The notes under the pieces: generated by a model | The model's input: the letters and a program-made list of their open reading frames with translations, nothing else | Told to the model about the DNA's origin: nothing | Databases searched by the model: none | Translations under genes and position numbers: made by a program | Virus record (IMG/VR): IMGVR_UViG_3300020477_000013 | Span: 96,001 to 160,000 of that record | From: a virus | Lineage: Duplodnaviria > Caudoviricetes | Strand: one strand, 5' to 3' | Length of the DNA: 64,000 nucleotides | In this document: positions 27,991-38,882 of the stretch, piece after piece | Layout: every line of letters starts with the position of its first letter | Position numbering within the stretch: the first letter of the stretch is position 1

Positions 27991-28026
27991 TCTTATATCT
28001 TTAACTACCAAAGAGGATCATTTACA

Positions 28027-28680
28027 ATGAACTATCTGTCACGTGATGCAGCAATGTCTGCTATAAAGAACATGAAGAATTTTCATGATGATATTGTCTT
28101 GCTGTATAAACAGCATGGGATGGACCTACTTGATAATTTGGGCCGTCGAAACATTGTAATGTCCCAGGCTCAAGAGAAGTTTTTTGCTCAAGCGCTAGTT
28201 GACTTGTGCGGTGACGTTGAAGCCGATGGTAAGACAGGCCAGCCTGACATTGTTATTCCCTCTTTGGGTAGGGAGCTTGAGTGCAAGCTCACGACTCGTA
28301 ACAAAGGTGGGGCGATTAGCCTACAGACTGATTTTGAGACGTTAAGCCAGAAGGGTAAGCTGGATTACCTCTATGTTATTGCGGATAGCACCTTTAATAG
28401 ATTTTCTGTATTGCACTTCATCGATCTATGCGTGGATGATTTTAGGCATGTTTCCAATGGGTCTAGAGGTAAAGTAGGAATGAAGAAGCATGAAGGCATG
28501 AAAAAATGCAATGTCTTGCTTGGGAGTGCTGTTTGTATTAATGATATTAATATTTCGAAGTGGAAGGACAGGCTTTTGTCTGCTAAGACGGACTCTCGTA
28601 GAGAAAAAATTAAAGAAAAGATTGAGTATTGGGAGACCACTCCGGGAAAGTATCGCTTCGAATTGGAAGAAGTTTCCTGA
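28027..28680 (+). CDS. PD-(D/E)xK restriction-endonuclease-like protein
   Basis: Upstream helix Glu (QEKFF), then GQPDIVI...ELECKLT. Confidence 0.55.
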   Translation: MNYLSRDAAMSAIKNMKNFHDDIVLLYKQHGMDLLDNLGRRNIVMSQAQEKFFAQALVDLCGDVEADGKTGQPDIVIPSLGRELECKLTTRNKGGAISLQTDFETLSQKGKLDYLYVIADSTFNRFSVLHFIDLCVDDFRHVSNGSRGKVGMKKHEGMKKCNVLLGSAVCINDINISKWKDRLLSAKTDSRREKIKEKIEYWETTPGKYRFELEEVS

Positions 28681-28688
28681 TGAAGACA

Positions 28689-28697
28689 ATATTTATA
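28689..28697 (+). promoter_or_regulatory. ATATTTATA motif (candidate late promoter)
   Basis: Directly before SD AAGGAG of 28716. Confidence 0.45.
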
Positions 28698-28715
28698 AGA
28701 GTTAAGGAGTAACCA

Positions 28716-29036
28716 ATGATTTTCAATGCAGATCGGCTTCAAGTTTTATCGGGAATTAAGAACAACAGTAGTGGGGGAAATTTATTAAATGAGTCTTCTA
28801 CACGTAGTCGAAATCAGCTAGTCGAGCAAAAGATTCGACAGATCATCAGGGAAGAGATTAAGTCTTATCTCAATGAGCGCCAGTCAAAGGCCGCCTCCGT
28901 TGGATTTAAGAAGAATAATCTTACTGCTGCGATGGGCTTCGCCGGGCCCGGCTTCCAACCTAGGAATGAGCCGAACAGGTCTGTATCCAGAGGTCCTGGC
29001 GGTACACTTGGCTTTGGCGGGCCAGGATTTATGTAG
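28716..29036 (+). CDS. Small protein carrying both helical tag types
   Basis: DRLQVLSGIK, LLNE, KIRQIIREE. Confidence 0.7.
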   Translation: MIFNADRLQVLSGIKNNSSGGNLLNESSTRSRNQLVEQKIRQIIREEIKSYLNERQSKAASVGFKKNNLTAAMGFAGPGFQPRNEPNRSVSRGPGGTLGFGGPGFM

Positions 29037-29052
29037 AATTCTAGAATCTGGT

Positions 29053-29081
29053 TTATAAATTCCAGCTTAGTACTGTATATT
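29053..29081 (+). promoter_or_regulatory. Putative promoter TTATAA-N17-TATATT
   Basis: Family member, intergenic. Confidence 0.45.
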
Positions 29082-29100
29082 TCTTGTAGAGGATATAGCT

Positions 29101-29538
29101 ATGTACAAAGTGGGCCAGGTTTTATATGTGATATTACAAAAAAAGCAGAGGATTATCCCTGTGCAGGTAGTAGAGCAAATTGTTCGCAGGACAGTCGAGG
29201 GTGAAAAAATTCAATACCTCGTTCGTGGGCCTGGGCGAGAGGAAGATATAGATCTCGATACATTCGGTGATCAGGTATTTGAAGACCTCGATGTAGTAAA
29301 AAGTACGTTGAGGCAAAATATATTCAAGGTTATTGATGATATGGCATCGAAAGCTTTAGAGATTGCAGGAAATTATTTTGAGATTGCGCAAAGTGATCCA
29401 GCAGGTGGCGAAGAATCTCATAACCAAGAAGAAAGTGGGGAACCTACCGGTGACACCGTTAGGATTCAACTAGAGAATGGCCAGATGGCAAATGTAAAAA
29501 TTTCTGCACCTACTACTGTTACACAAAAAAAAAGATGA
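29101..29538 (+). CDS. Hypothetical protein
   Basis: SD AGGA; N-terminal beta-rich segment. Confidence 0.7.
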   Translation: MYKVGQVLYVILQKKQRIIPVQVVEQIVRRTVEGEKIQYLVRGPGREEDIDLDTFGDQVFEDLDVVKSTLRQNIFKVIDDMASKALEIAGNYFEIAQSDPAGGEESHNQEESGEPTGDTVRIQLENGQMANVKISAPTTVTQKKR

Positions 29539-30353
29539 AAATACTCCTGTTAGACGGCTATAATTTAATCTATAGGGCTCGATACTCCTTTAAGCAAGGC
29601 GATCATCCTACAATATACTCATTTTTTCGTAGCCTGAGGCCGTTGGTGGAGAAATTTGACCCGGATTTCGTGTATTTCGTAACCGAGGGTTATCCGGCAT
29701 CACGGTATGAGATTTTACCTGAGTATAAAGCTTCAAGGGTTAGGGATGATGACCCTTCATTTAGCGAGCAGAAAAAGCAAATTATCTCTATCCTTAAGTC
29801 ATCATTTCCTGTTGCGGTTTGTCGGCACCCTAATTATGAGTGTGATGATGTTATTGCAAGCCTAGTTAGATATAGACACAGCGCAGATGAGTGCGTGGTC
29901 GTGTCAAGTGACACAGATTTTATACAGTTGTACAATACATGTGCTAACGTTTCTATTTACAATCCTGTTAGGAAAAATATCGTACCTGCCCCGGGGTATG
30001 ATTATGTTACGTGGAAGTCTTTACGGGGTGACGCATCTGATAATATTAAGGGAATCAGGGGCATTGGTGATAAGAGGGCGACGAAACTAGTATCCGACAC
30101 AGAGAAGCTAGCCAGCTTCCTAAGCGCTGACTCTGCACGAAGAGAGATATTCGAGAGGAATATGTCCTTAATTAGCTTTATTGACCTATCTGACCAGTTA
30201 GACGTATTAGAGGTTTCTACTTCTACGCCGGACTGGGATGGTGTTAAGAAAATATTTGATGATTTGGGATTCAATTCGATTACAAATCAAAAGTCCTGGT
30301 TAAAATTTCAAAATACATTTTCCAGACTTGGAAATGCCACACATAAAAACTAG
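29535..30353 (+). CDS. 5'-3' exonuclease/flap endonuclease (Pol I N-terminal / T4 RNase H family)
   Basis: LLDGYN, YKASR, ECDDVI, SSDTDF, GDASDNIKGIRGIG. Confidence 0.92.
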   Translation: MKILLLDGYNLIYRARYSFKQGDHPTIYSFFRSLRPLVEKFDPDFVYFVTEGYPASRYEILPEYKASRVRDDDPSFSEQKKQIISILKSSFPVAVCRHPNYECDDVIASLVRYRHSADECVVVSSDTDFIQLYNTCANVSIYNPVRKNIVPAPGYDYVTWKSLRGDASDNIKGIRGIGDKRATKLVSDTEKLASFLSADSARREIFERNMSLISFIDLSDQLDVLEVSTSTPDWDGVKKIFDDLGFNSITNQKSWLKFQNTFSRLGNATHKN

Positions 30354-30363
30354 GAGATTAATA

Positions 30364-32222
<1,859 letters not shown>

Positions 32223-32224
32223 GT

Positions 32225-32253
32225 ATGTACTTAGCCTTTGTGGTGCTTATACT
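32225..32253 (+). promoter_or_regulatory. Putative promoter ATGTAC-N17-TATACT
   Basis: Family member upstream of the sigma-factor operon. Confidence 0.5.
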
Positions 32254-32328
32254 TTATCGTAGGTTGAGTTTTTATGTTTAGTTTGCACATTTACTGTGGG
32301 TGTTTTTTTTAAACTTATGGAGGTTAAA

Positions 32329-32568
32329 ATGTCCGGAAATGTTGTGCGTTTTTATAATGATGATGAGGTTCGAAAGTTGCCTACAAAGGAGTTGGCTGAC
32401 ACGCTATATAAGTACAAGAGAATGTTGTCACGTGATAACTCAGTTAAAAATTTAAATGTCGACAGAAGGAGACTTGAGGTAGAAATTTGTTATTTGCAAC
32501 GTGAGCTACAGTCACGTGAAAAGTGGAGTAAATCATTCGCTGAATCAGGCTTCCAAAAAAATCGGTGA
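32329..32568 (+). CDS. Hypothetical protein (start moved to ATG 32329)
   Basis: SD GGAGG before ATG. Confidence 0.65.
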   Translation: MSGNVVRFYNDDEVRKLPTKELADTLYKYKRMLSRDNSVKNLNVDRRRLEVEICYLQRELQSREKWSKSFAESGFQKNR

Positions 32569-32595
32569 TCACTAATTTAGGAGAAGTAATATCTA

Positions 32596-33366
32596 ATGTC
32601 AGATATACTTGAGACATTTTTTAAAGATGTAAGTAAAACCAACCTTCTTTCACATGCGGAAGAGATTGAGCTATCACAAAAGATAGAGGCTGGTGACAAT
32701 GCTGCACGAAACAGGATGATTAAGGCCAACATCAGGTTGGCAATTAGCATAGCTAAGAAGTACCAAAAGAAAGGTTGCGATTTAGAGGATTTGATACAAG
32801 AGTCGAATATCGGTTTGATGAAGGCTGTTGATCGTTATGACTGGAGGCGTGGCTTTAAGTTTTCGACTTATGCATGCTGGTGGATCAAGCAAGCGATTCG
32901 ACGTCATCTCACATCTCAATCATCTGCGATTAAGCTCCCTTCATATGCACGAGGGCTAATGTGGAAGATTAATAACATGAGACAAGAGTACTCAGACGAA
33001 TTCGGTTCACAACCCTCTAATGAAGAGCTAGCGGACTTGTTAGGCGTTTCAATTAAGACGCTTCGAAATGTGCTCCAGTGCTCTTCATCCATAGTGTCTT
33101 TAGAGGCTACCATAGGTAGAAGTGACGCATCAGGTACTCGCACGCTGGCAGAGGTTATTCCCGATGAATCGCTTGTTTCTGTCGACGATAAAATAGATAG
33201 AGAGATTATTATTCAAGCAATTCGCAGGTCGTTATCTAGTTTGACGATGAGGGAAGAGAAAGTAATCCGACTAAGGTTTGGGATATCAGAAGATCCAGCG
33301 GATGATAGTTCATACCCGATTACTAATGAAGAATTGCTTAGACTGGAAAATAGAGGACGGGCCTAA
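32596..33366 (+). CDS. Sigma70-family RNA polymerase sigma factor lacking region 4.2
   Basis: LLSHAEE (1.2), NIRLAISIAKKY, DLIQESNIGLMKAVDRYDWRRGFKFSTYACWWIKQAI (2), REEKVIRLRFGI (4.1), then no recognition helix. Confidence 0.92.
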   Translation: MSDILETFFKDVSKTNLLSHAEEIELSQKIEAGDNAARNRMIKANIRLAISIAKKYQKKGCDLEDLIQESNIGLMKAVDRYDWRRGFKFSTYACWWIKQAIRRHLTSQSSAIKLPSYARGLMWKINNMRQEYSDEFGSQPSNEELADLLGVSIKTLRNVLQCSSSIVSLEATIGRSDASGTRTLAEVIPDESLVSVDDKIDREIIIQAIRRSLSSLTMREEKVIRLRFGISEDPADDSSYPITNEELLRLENRGRA

Positions 33367-33368
33367 AT

Positions 33369-33665
33369 ATGAGTATGCCGAAGGGTTATAAGAGTGATGT
33401 AGGATATGCTACAGTTGCAAGTGATTTTGGCGGGATGGACTACCGCTCTATTGCTGAGAAAATGAGTGAGGATGGTTATTGCATGAACCATGCAACTGCT
33501 AGGAACGTTTTTTTAAGGGCTATGAAAAAGCTAGCGGTCGTTGTATGCGATCTTCATGACGTGTCTGATGATGACACGATTGAAAGAACCTCCAGAGATC
33601 CTAGGTTTCAGGAAGGAATGATAGATATTGTGACTGATATTTATGAAGACGATATTAGCATTTAG
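33369..33665 (+). CDS. Sigma region-4.2-like helix-turn-helix protein
   Basis: MDYRSIAEKM...NHATARNVFLRAMKKLA. Confidence 0.55.
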   Translation: MSMPKGYKSDVGYATVASDFGGMDYRSIAEKMSEDGYCMNHATARNVFLRAMKKLAVVVCDLHDVSDDDTIERTSRDPRFQEGMIDIVTDIYEDDISI

Positions 33666-33675
33666 GGAGATATAA

Positions 33676-34017
33676 ATGGCAATTTCATGGAATTTTTATA
33701 CAAAGAAGAGAAAAGTTAGTGTTACCAAGCTTTTGGCGGAGAATCGAATTACGACGTATGAGGGATTATGCTCATTCTTGAAACTAAAGGGTGTTGCACC
33801 TCCGCCGACTTTTAGCGAGGTCGAGCGGTTCGGTCTAACGAAGCAGGGTGAGCAAGCCACAGGCGACAATAATGCACCAGCGAAGGGTAAAGCCCCTGAG
33901 GAAGTTGAAGTGGTCAACCCTACGGCTGGCGAGTTAGAGGAGTCCAAGGAGGTGAAGCCGTCCAAAAAGAAGGCTCCGTCGTGGAAGAGAAAGAAGCCGG
34001 CTGCTAAAAAGAAATAA
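33676..34017 (+). CDS. Hypothetical protein with Lys-rich tail
   Basis: SD AGGGAG; KKKAPSWKRKKPAAKKK. Confidence 0.7.
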   Translation: MAISWNFYTKKRKVSVTKLLAENRITTYEGLCSFLKLKGVAPPPTFSEVERFGLTKQGEQATGDNNAPAKGKAPEEVEVVNPTAGELEESKEVKPSKKKAPSWKRKKPAAKKK

Positions 34018-34029
34018 GAGCTTTAAAAG

Positions 34030-34260
34030 ATGAAAAAAGATCTTTTTCTTAAGCCGGGTGAACTAGTCCGGCTTATACCAGGACAGTACTACAGAGTTGG
34101 TAATCTACCCTCCGATATTCCACCCTTTAAGAGATTGAGTGGTGAAACTAACGCCGTCTTGGTAGACTACCAAGGGTCCACAGATGATAGAGACTGCTGG
34201 ACTGTTTTGGCAAATGATGAAATTTTATTCGCATGGGAAGATAGTCTTTCCAGGATTTAA
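34030..34260 (+). CDS. Hypothetical protein
   Basis: Collinear ORF. Confidence 0.6.
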   Translation: MKKDLFLKPGELVRLIPGQYYRVGNLPSDIPPFKRLSGETNAVLVDYQGSTDDRDCWTVLANDEILFAWEDSLSRI

Positions 34261-34269
34261 ATAAAAAAG

Positions 34270-34512
34270 GTGATTGATATTATGGTAAATGAAGTTGTAG
34301 TTGAGCTAGTCGAAAAGTTGACGAGAATAGAGGGAGAGCTTAAGTTGCTACAGGAAGAGAAAAAAGACTTATTCGATGACTACAAGGAAAAAATTGACCT
34401 TAAGGCATTTAAGGCAGCGGTTCGCATTGCAAAGATTCGGTCAAGGATGGGTGACTCCGAGGTTGCCCTAGACAATATACTTGATGCAGTGTCCAAGAAA
34501 TTAACCGTCTAA
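34270..34512 (+). CDS. GapR/T4 DsbA-like dsDNA-binding protein
   Basis: LVEKLTRIEGELKLLQEEKKDLFDDYKE...DLKAFKAAVRIAK pattern. Confidence 0.55.
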   Translation: MIDIMVNEVVVELVEKLTRIEGELKLLQEEKKDLFDDYKEKIDLKAFKAAVRIAKIRSRMGDSEVALDNILDAVSKKLTV

Positions 34513-34524
34513 GGTTTTTTAAAG

Positions 34525-35166
34525 ATGGTATATCGGCCCGTTTTAAAATGGCCAGACCCTCGCCTTAAGGATATCTCCGCTCCAGTCACTGAGTATGGTG
34601 AAGACTTACAGGTCTTGATAAGGGACATGTATGATACCCTTAATGTTGAAATGGGTGTCGGCCTTGCGGCACCTCAAATAGGCATACATCAGCGTGTGAT
34701 TATACTCGACTGTGATGCATTTGATGCTAAAAATCCTGATCCCATGGAAGAAGATGATAGGTTGTGGACGCTTATTAATCCTGAGATTAGTTTGAGTGGC
34801 GATGACGTGACATGGAGAGAAGCATGTCTATCAGTTCCTCTCTATGGAGGCGACGTCCCGAGGAAGACTGCTGTTACGGTTACATATAATGACCGTCATG
34901 GAAGTGAAAAAAAAGTAGAAGTATCATGGCCCCTAAGCGGATGCTTGCAACATGAATGTGATCACCTAGAAGGAATTTTGTTCATTGACCAGATGAATAA
35001 AAGAGAGTCTATGGAGATTCGAAAAAAGATTAACCGCCGGCGCCGAGAGAACAAGAAGGCAGCGCTCAAGCGCAGGCGGCGCCTGCGCGGTGAAAAGAAG
35101 CTGATAGATACCAGGATGTCTCATGGTCCAGGTAAGAGAAAAAAGAGAAAAAAGAGAAAAAAGTGA
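34525..35166 (+). CDS. def: Peptide deformylase
   Basis: GVGLAAPQIG, EACLS, QHECDHLEG. Confidence 0.95.
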   Translation: MVYRPVLKWPDPRLKDISAPVTEYGEDLQVLIRDMYDTLNVEMGVGLAAPQIGIHQRVIILDCDAFDAKNPDPMEEDDRLWTLINPEISLSGDDVTWREACLSVPLYGGDVPRKTAVTVTYNDRHGSEKKVEVSWPLSGCLQHECDHLEGILFIDQMNKRESMEIRKKINRRRRENKKAALKRRRRLRGEKKLIDTRMSHGPGKRKKRKKRKK

Positions 35167-35278
35167 AAAAAAATCACTTTAGGGGTGTTCTTGACTAATC
35201 TGGTGTCTATTATTAGTACATAAGAGCCTATAGGCTGTTATCGTTTTTGTTTTGTAACTTTATAGGAGAAATAGCAAA

Positions 35279-37150
35279 ATGAGTAAAATTATAGGGATTG
35301 ACTTGGGTACGACGAATTCATGCGTCGCTGTTGTTGAGGGCGGGGAGCCCAAAGTCATTGTTAACGAAGAAGGGAACAGGACGACACCTTCCGTCGTTGC
35401 ATTCGGTGATAATGACACCCTGGTGGGTGTAACGGCCCGCCGCCAGGCTGTTGTAAATCCCGGTAAGACTATCTACTCTGTCAAGAGGTTCATTGGGTCT
35501 AAGCTTAAGGAGGTTGAGTCCGCAGCGGGAAAGGTTGCGTACAACGTTGTATCTGCATCCGGAGGAGATGCACATGTAAAGGTTGGTGATAAGACATATT
35601 CACCTCCTGAGATTAGTGCAAAAGTTCTCCAGAAGCTTAAAAGATCTGCCGAGAAGTACTTGGGTGAGTCCGTTTCTGACGCGGTTATCACTGTGCCTGC
35701 ATATTTTAATGATAGCCAGCGTCAGGCAACAAAGGATGCAGGAAAGATCGCAGGCCTTAATGTTAAGCGGATTATTAATGAGCCTACTGCGGCCGCTTTG
35801 GCATACGGCCTTAATACCACAAGCGAACAACTAATTGCTGTTTATGACTTCGGCGGAGGGACATTTGACGTTTCTGTGCTAGAGGTAGGGAATGAAGTCG
35901 TCGAAGTCTTGTCAACGAGTGGAGACACTTACTTGGGGGGTGATAATGTAGATGAAGTGATCATCGATTACCTCACTGGTGTGTTTAAGCAAGAATCCGG
36001 TATTGATGTGAGTGATGATAGCATGGCTATGCAGAGAGTCCGGGAGGCCGCCGAGAAGGCCAAGATTGAACTCAGTTCTGCACAGCAGGCTGAGGTGAAC
36101 TTGCCATTCCTAACTGCAGATGCGACTGGACCCAAGCATATGGTTCACACACTTACGAGGTCAAAGTTCGAACAACTTGTTGAGCCTGTTGTCGAGAAGA
36201 CGTTTAAGTCTTGTAAGACGGCCCTAAAAGACGCCGGCAGGTCTCACTCCGAGATTGATCAAGTTATCCTCGTCGGGGGCTCTACTAGGATTCCTCTTGT
36301 TGTTAAAAAGGTAGAAGAATTTTTTGGGAAGGCTCCTCACCAAGGCGTGAATCCGGATGAGGTTGTCGCGCTCGGTGCAGCCGTTCAAGGTGGGGTACTT
36401 TCCGGAGACGTAAAAGATGTACTTCTTTTGGACGTTACGCCACTTAGTTTGGGTATTGAGACAATGGGCGCGGTTACAACTAAGTTGATCTCTAAGAACA
36501 CGACCGTCCCTACGAAGAAGTCAGAGGTTTTTTCAACCGCGTCTGATGGCCAATCGCAGGTGGAAATTCATGTCTTGCAGGGCGAGCGTGAGATGGCATC
36601 AGACAACCGAACGCTGGGTAGGTTTACCCTGGACGGAATTCCACCGGCTCCTCGTGGTGTCCCTCAAATTGAAGTCACATTTGATCTAGATGCAGATGGT
36701 GTCCTCAAGGTTTCTGCGGTGGATAAAGCAACAGGAAAGGACCAGGGAATCACAATTCAGGACTCATCCGGCCTTTCGTCGGAAGAGATTGAGAGAATGG
36801 TGAGGGAGGCTGCAAAATTCGAGGCGGAAGACCAGAAGAAGAGGGCAGTTGTTGAGTCAAGAAACAAGCTTGATTCTACGATCCACAGCGCTAACAAGAT
36901 GAAGGTTACAATGAAAGAGCAACTTTCTGAAGATGATATTATCGCAGTGGATTCAGCTATCAGCGAGGCTGAAAAGTATCTCACATCAGACATTACGTCA
37001 GACATTGATGGAGCTGTGGGTGCACTCACGTCAGTTTTGCAGGCACTCACAAAGTCTGTGTATGAAAATGCCACACCTCCCGAGAATTCTGGTGTGAATG
37101 ATACTGATACTCCAGCTGACGATGATATTATTGACGCGGAAGTTGCGTGA
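35279..37150 (+). CDS. dnaK: Chaperone DnaK
   Basis: [48 protein letters not shown]. Confidence 0.98.
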   Translation: MSKIIGIDLGTTNSCVAVVEGGEPKVIVNEEGNRTTPSVVAFGDNDTLVGVTARRQAVVNPGKTIYSVKRFIGSKLKEVESAAGKVAYNVVSASGGDAHVKVGDKTYSPPEISAKVLQKLKRSAEKYLGESVSDAVITVPAYFNDSQRQATKDAGKIAGLNVKRIINEPTAAALAYGLNTTSEQLIAVYDFGGGTFDVSVLEVGNEVVEVLSTSGDTYLGGDNVDEVIIDYLTGVFKQESGIDVSDDSMAMQRVREAAEKAKIELSSAQQAEVNLPFLTADATGPKHMVHTLTRSKFEQLVEPVVEKTFKSCKTALKDAGRSHSEIDQVILVGGSTRIPLVVKKVEEFFGKAPHQGVNPDEVVALGAAVQGGVLSGDVKDVLLLDVTPLSLGIETMGAVTTKLISKNTTVPTKKSEVFSTASDGQSQVEIHVLQGEREMASDNRTLGRFTLDGIPPAPRGVPQIEVTFDLDADGVLKVSAVDKATGKDQGITIQDSSGLSSEEIERMVREAAKFEAEDQKKRAVVESRNKLDSTIHSANKMKVTMKEQLSEDDIIAVDSAISEAEKYLTSDITSDIDGAVGALTSVLQALTKSVYENATPPENSGVNDTDTPADDDIIDAEVA

Positions 37151-37154
37151 TATA

Positions 37155-37183
37155 GTGTAAACCCTCCCTACGTGTTATATGAT
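37155..37183 (+). promoter_or_regulatory. Putative promoter GTGTAA-N17-TATGAT
   Basis: Family member; its -10 lies in the loop of the 37163-37200 inverted repeat. Confidence 0.55.
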
Positions 37184-37200
37184 ACTAGTACGTAGGGAGG
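37163..37200 (+). promoter_or_regulatory. 11-bp perfect inverted repeat covering the SD of the 37207 ORF
   Basis: CCTCCCTACGT (37163-73) and ACGTAGGGAGG (37190-200), 16-nt loop. Confidence 0.75.
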
Positions 37201-37206
37201 ACTATA

Positions 37207-37356
37207 ATGAAAAACAAAAAGAAAAAAATTACGCTACCCCGTAATTGGTACGCTGTACATGCACATTTTCGTTCAGGTGCAGGTTGTCACATTGATAAAA
37301 AAAAGCAAAATTCTAAGCGAGCATGCCGAGGCAAGGTAAAAGACCTTAGGGAGTAA
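37207..37356 (+). CDS. 49-aa basic protein (not in ORF track)
   Basis: SD AGGGAGG; MKNKKKKITLPRNWYAVHAHFRSGAGCHIDKKKQNSKRACRGKVKDLRE. Confidence 0.7.
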   Translation: MKNKKKKITLPRNWYAVHAHFRSGAGCHIDKKKQNSKRACRGKVKDLRE

Positions 37357-37360
37357 ATAC

Positions 37361-37669
37361 ATGGCAAAGCAATTGCGTCTTCCATTTATCGATAATAATA
37401 AGAAAGATACACAGGTCTTCGAAATCTATAAGCTTGATTCTGCTGTATATCCCTATATCAGGAGGTATCATTCTCATATTAAATTTGTGATAGCTCCTTG
37501 CGCGGATGATGCATCGAATCAAGAGCGCCGTCTTTTTGAAGCGGCTAGGAAAGATAATGCATACCTTGGTATTAAGGAAGCGTCACGTGAGGATGTTATG
37601 ACTCGGTCAATTGTGCTAGAGGGCCAGCTTGAGGCTTGTTATGATGCTATGAAAAAACTAGATAGCTAA
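37361..37669 (+). CDS. Hypothetical protein
   Basis: SD GGGAG; collinear. Confidence 0.65.
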   Translation: MAKQLRLPFIDNNKKDTQVFEIYKLDSAVYPYIRRYHSHIKFVIAPCADDASNQERRLFEAARKDNAYLGIKEASREDVMTRSIVLEGQLEACYDAMKKLDS

Positions 37670-37681
37670 ACATTATTATAT

Positions 37682-37758
37682 GCGCCCGTAGCTCAGCTGG
37701 ATAGAGCATCGGCCTTCTAAGCCGAGGGTCACAGGTTCGAATCCTGTCGGGCGTGCCA
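37682..37758 (+). tRNA. tRNA-Arg (anticodon TCT)
   Basis: Full cloverleaf GCGCCCG/CGGGCGT, loop CTTCTAA, TTCGAAT, encoded CCA. Confidence 0.95.
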
Positions 37759-37798
37759 TTTTATTTTTGTTATATGCGTTGGGCGTGAGGCTTCATAC

Positions 37799-38092
37799 AT
37801 GGAACAAGATATTTTAACTAAGGTCAGGATGATTGAAGAAGGTATTGTACCATTTGATTGGCCGGATTGCCATGTAAATGACGGATTGCATAGCATGCCA
37901 GAAGGCCTCCGCCGAAAGGCTCGGAGGAAATTTCGCAAGTTGTGGCGAAAGGCGTTAAAGAAAAAGTCTTCGAATGCTGTTCTTTTTCGCAACCTCGTAA
38001 ATAGTTGTGGTGTAGGTCTGGATGAGAGTAAATTACGTCCCCACCACCGCCGGGCCCGGGCTAAGCTTGTGATAGAATATCTCTACCCCTAA
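37799..38092 (+). CDS. Basic hypothetical protein
   Basis: ORF between the tRNA and a terminator. Confidence 0.6.
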   Translation: MEQDILTKVRMIEEGIVPFDWPDCHVNDGLHSMPEGLRRKARRKFRKLWRKALKKKSSNAVLFRNLVNSCGVGLDESKLRPHHRRARAKLVIEYLYP

Positions 38093-38124
38093 TTATTCCT
38101 TTTTCATTTTATAAATTTTCCTAC

Positions 38125-38160
38125 CCGCCGACAGGTTAAACTGATCGGCGGTTTATATTT
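38125..38160 (+). terminator. Probable intrinsic terminator
   Basis: CCGCCGA...TCGGCGG stem followed by TTTATATTT. Confidence 0.5.
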
Positions 38161-38163
38161 ATA
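38155..38163 (+). promoter_or_regulatory. ATATTTATA motif (candidate late promoter)
   Basis: Immediately upstream of 38164. Confidence 0.4.
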
Positions 38164-38760
38164 ATGTTGTGGGAGGATATTAGTATGCATTATAGAAGAT
38201 TAGTAGAGGCAGAGTCCCCGGAGGAGAGATTGATGGAGGTTTCCATACAGAAGGCTCTATCTAGGGCTCCTTTAAGTGTTACTGAGTTAAATCGCTTAAT
38301 GGAAGCAGACTTTGGTACATTAATATCAGAATGGGGCCTGGGCTATGATGAAGCGAACCGTGTTCTATACTGGATGAAAAATGAAACATATCGCATGAAC
38401 GCACAGTCATTATCATTTGGGAAGGTTGATGACTATGACATTCGTGGCCGTCGCCCTGGTTCTCCTGGTTTACTTGAGTCTCGCCGTAGAAAACACCTGA
38501 AGACAAGAATTAGGAATTCTATTAATGAGAGTATGAATCAAGTTTCGAAGTCAGCAAAGTCCCATCCTCTCAACGACCAGTCAGGCCATCATGCAAGGTG
38601 CTGGGGTCATGGGTCCGTTGTGGATCCTGAAGGTTACACCGGGCTCATTCAACAAGGGATTAATTTTACGAAAGGTAAGTCTAAATCTCCCCTAAGAATG
38701 ACCGAAGGTCAACTCCGTAGGGCACTTCGGGCTATTTTAAGGAAAAATATTTCCGGGTGA
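38164..38760 (+). CDS. Hypothetical protein with C-terminal leader-like helix
   Basis: Ends MTEGQLRRALRAILRK; internal KTRIRNSINE. Confidence 0.7.
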   Translation: MLWEDISMHYRRLVEAESPEERLMEVSIQKALSRAPLSVTELNRLMEADFGTLISEWGLGYDEANRVLYWMKNETYRMNAQSLSFGKVDDYDIRGRRPGSPGLLESRRRKHLKTRIRNSINESMNQVSKSAKSHPLNDQSGHHARCWGHGSVVDPEGYTGLIQQGINFTKGKSKSPLRMTEGQLRRALRAILRKNISG

Positions 38761-38882
38761 TAGCTTAAGCTATTATAAGCTACATCATTCTTCTTCTGCC
38801 CATAATATGTTGTTAATTAAACAACATTCCTCAAAACCCTATACTTATATTAGGATGGTGGGAGATCGCCGAGGAATGTAGC

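Noticed and set aside
33340-33380. Programmed frameshift joining the sigma ORF to the HTH ORF
   Set aside because: No slippery run is evident and the second ORF has its own AGAGG SD and ATG plus about 20 residues before the HTH; a sequencing error still needs checking in reads
35160-35240. Heat-shock operator upstream of dnaK (AAAGTGA/TCACTTT inverted repeat and AGCCTATAGGCT palindrome)
   Set aside because: Neither matches CIRCE (TTAGCACTC-N9-GAGTGCTAA), neither recurs before groEL or dnaJ, and both are short enough to be chance
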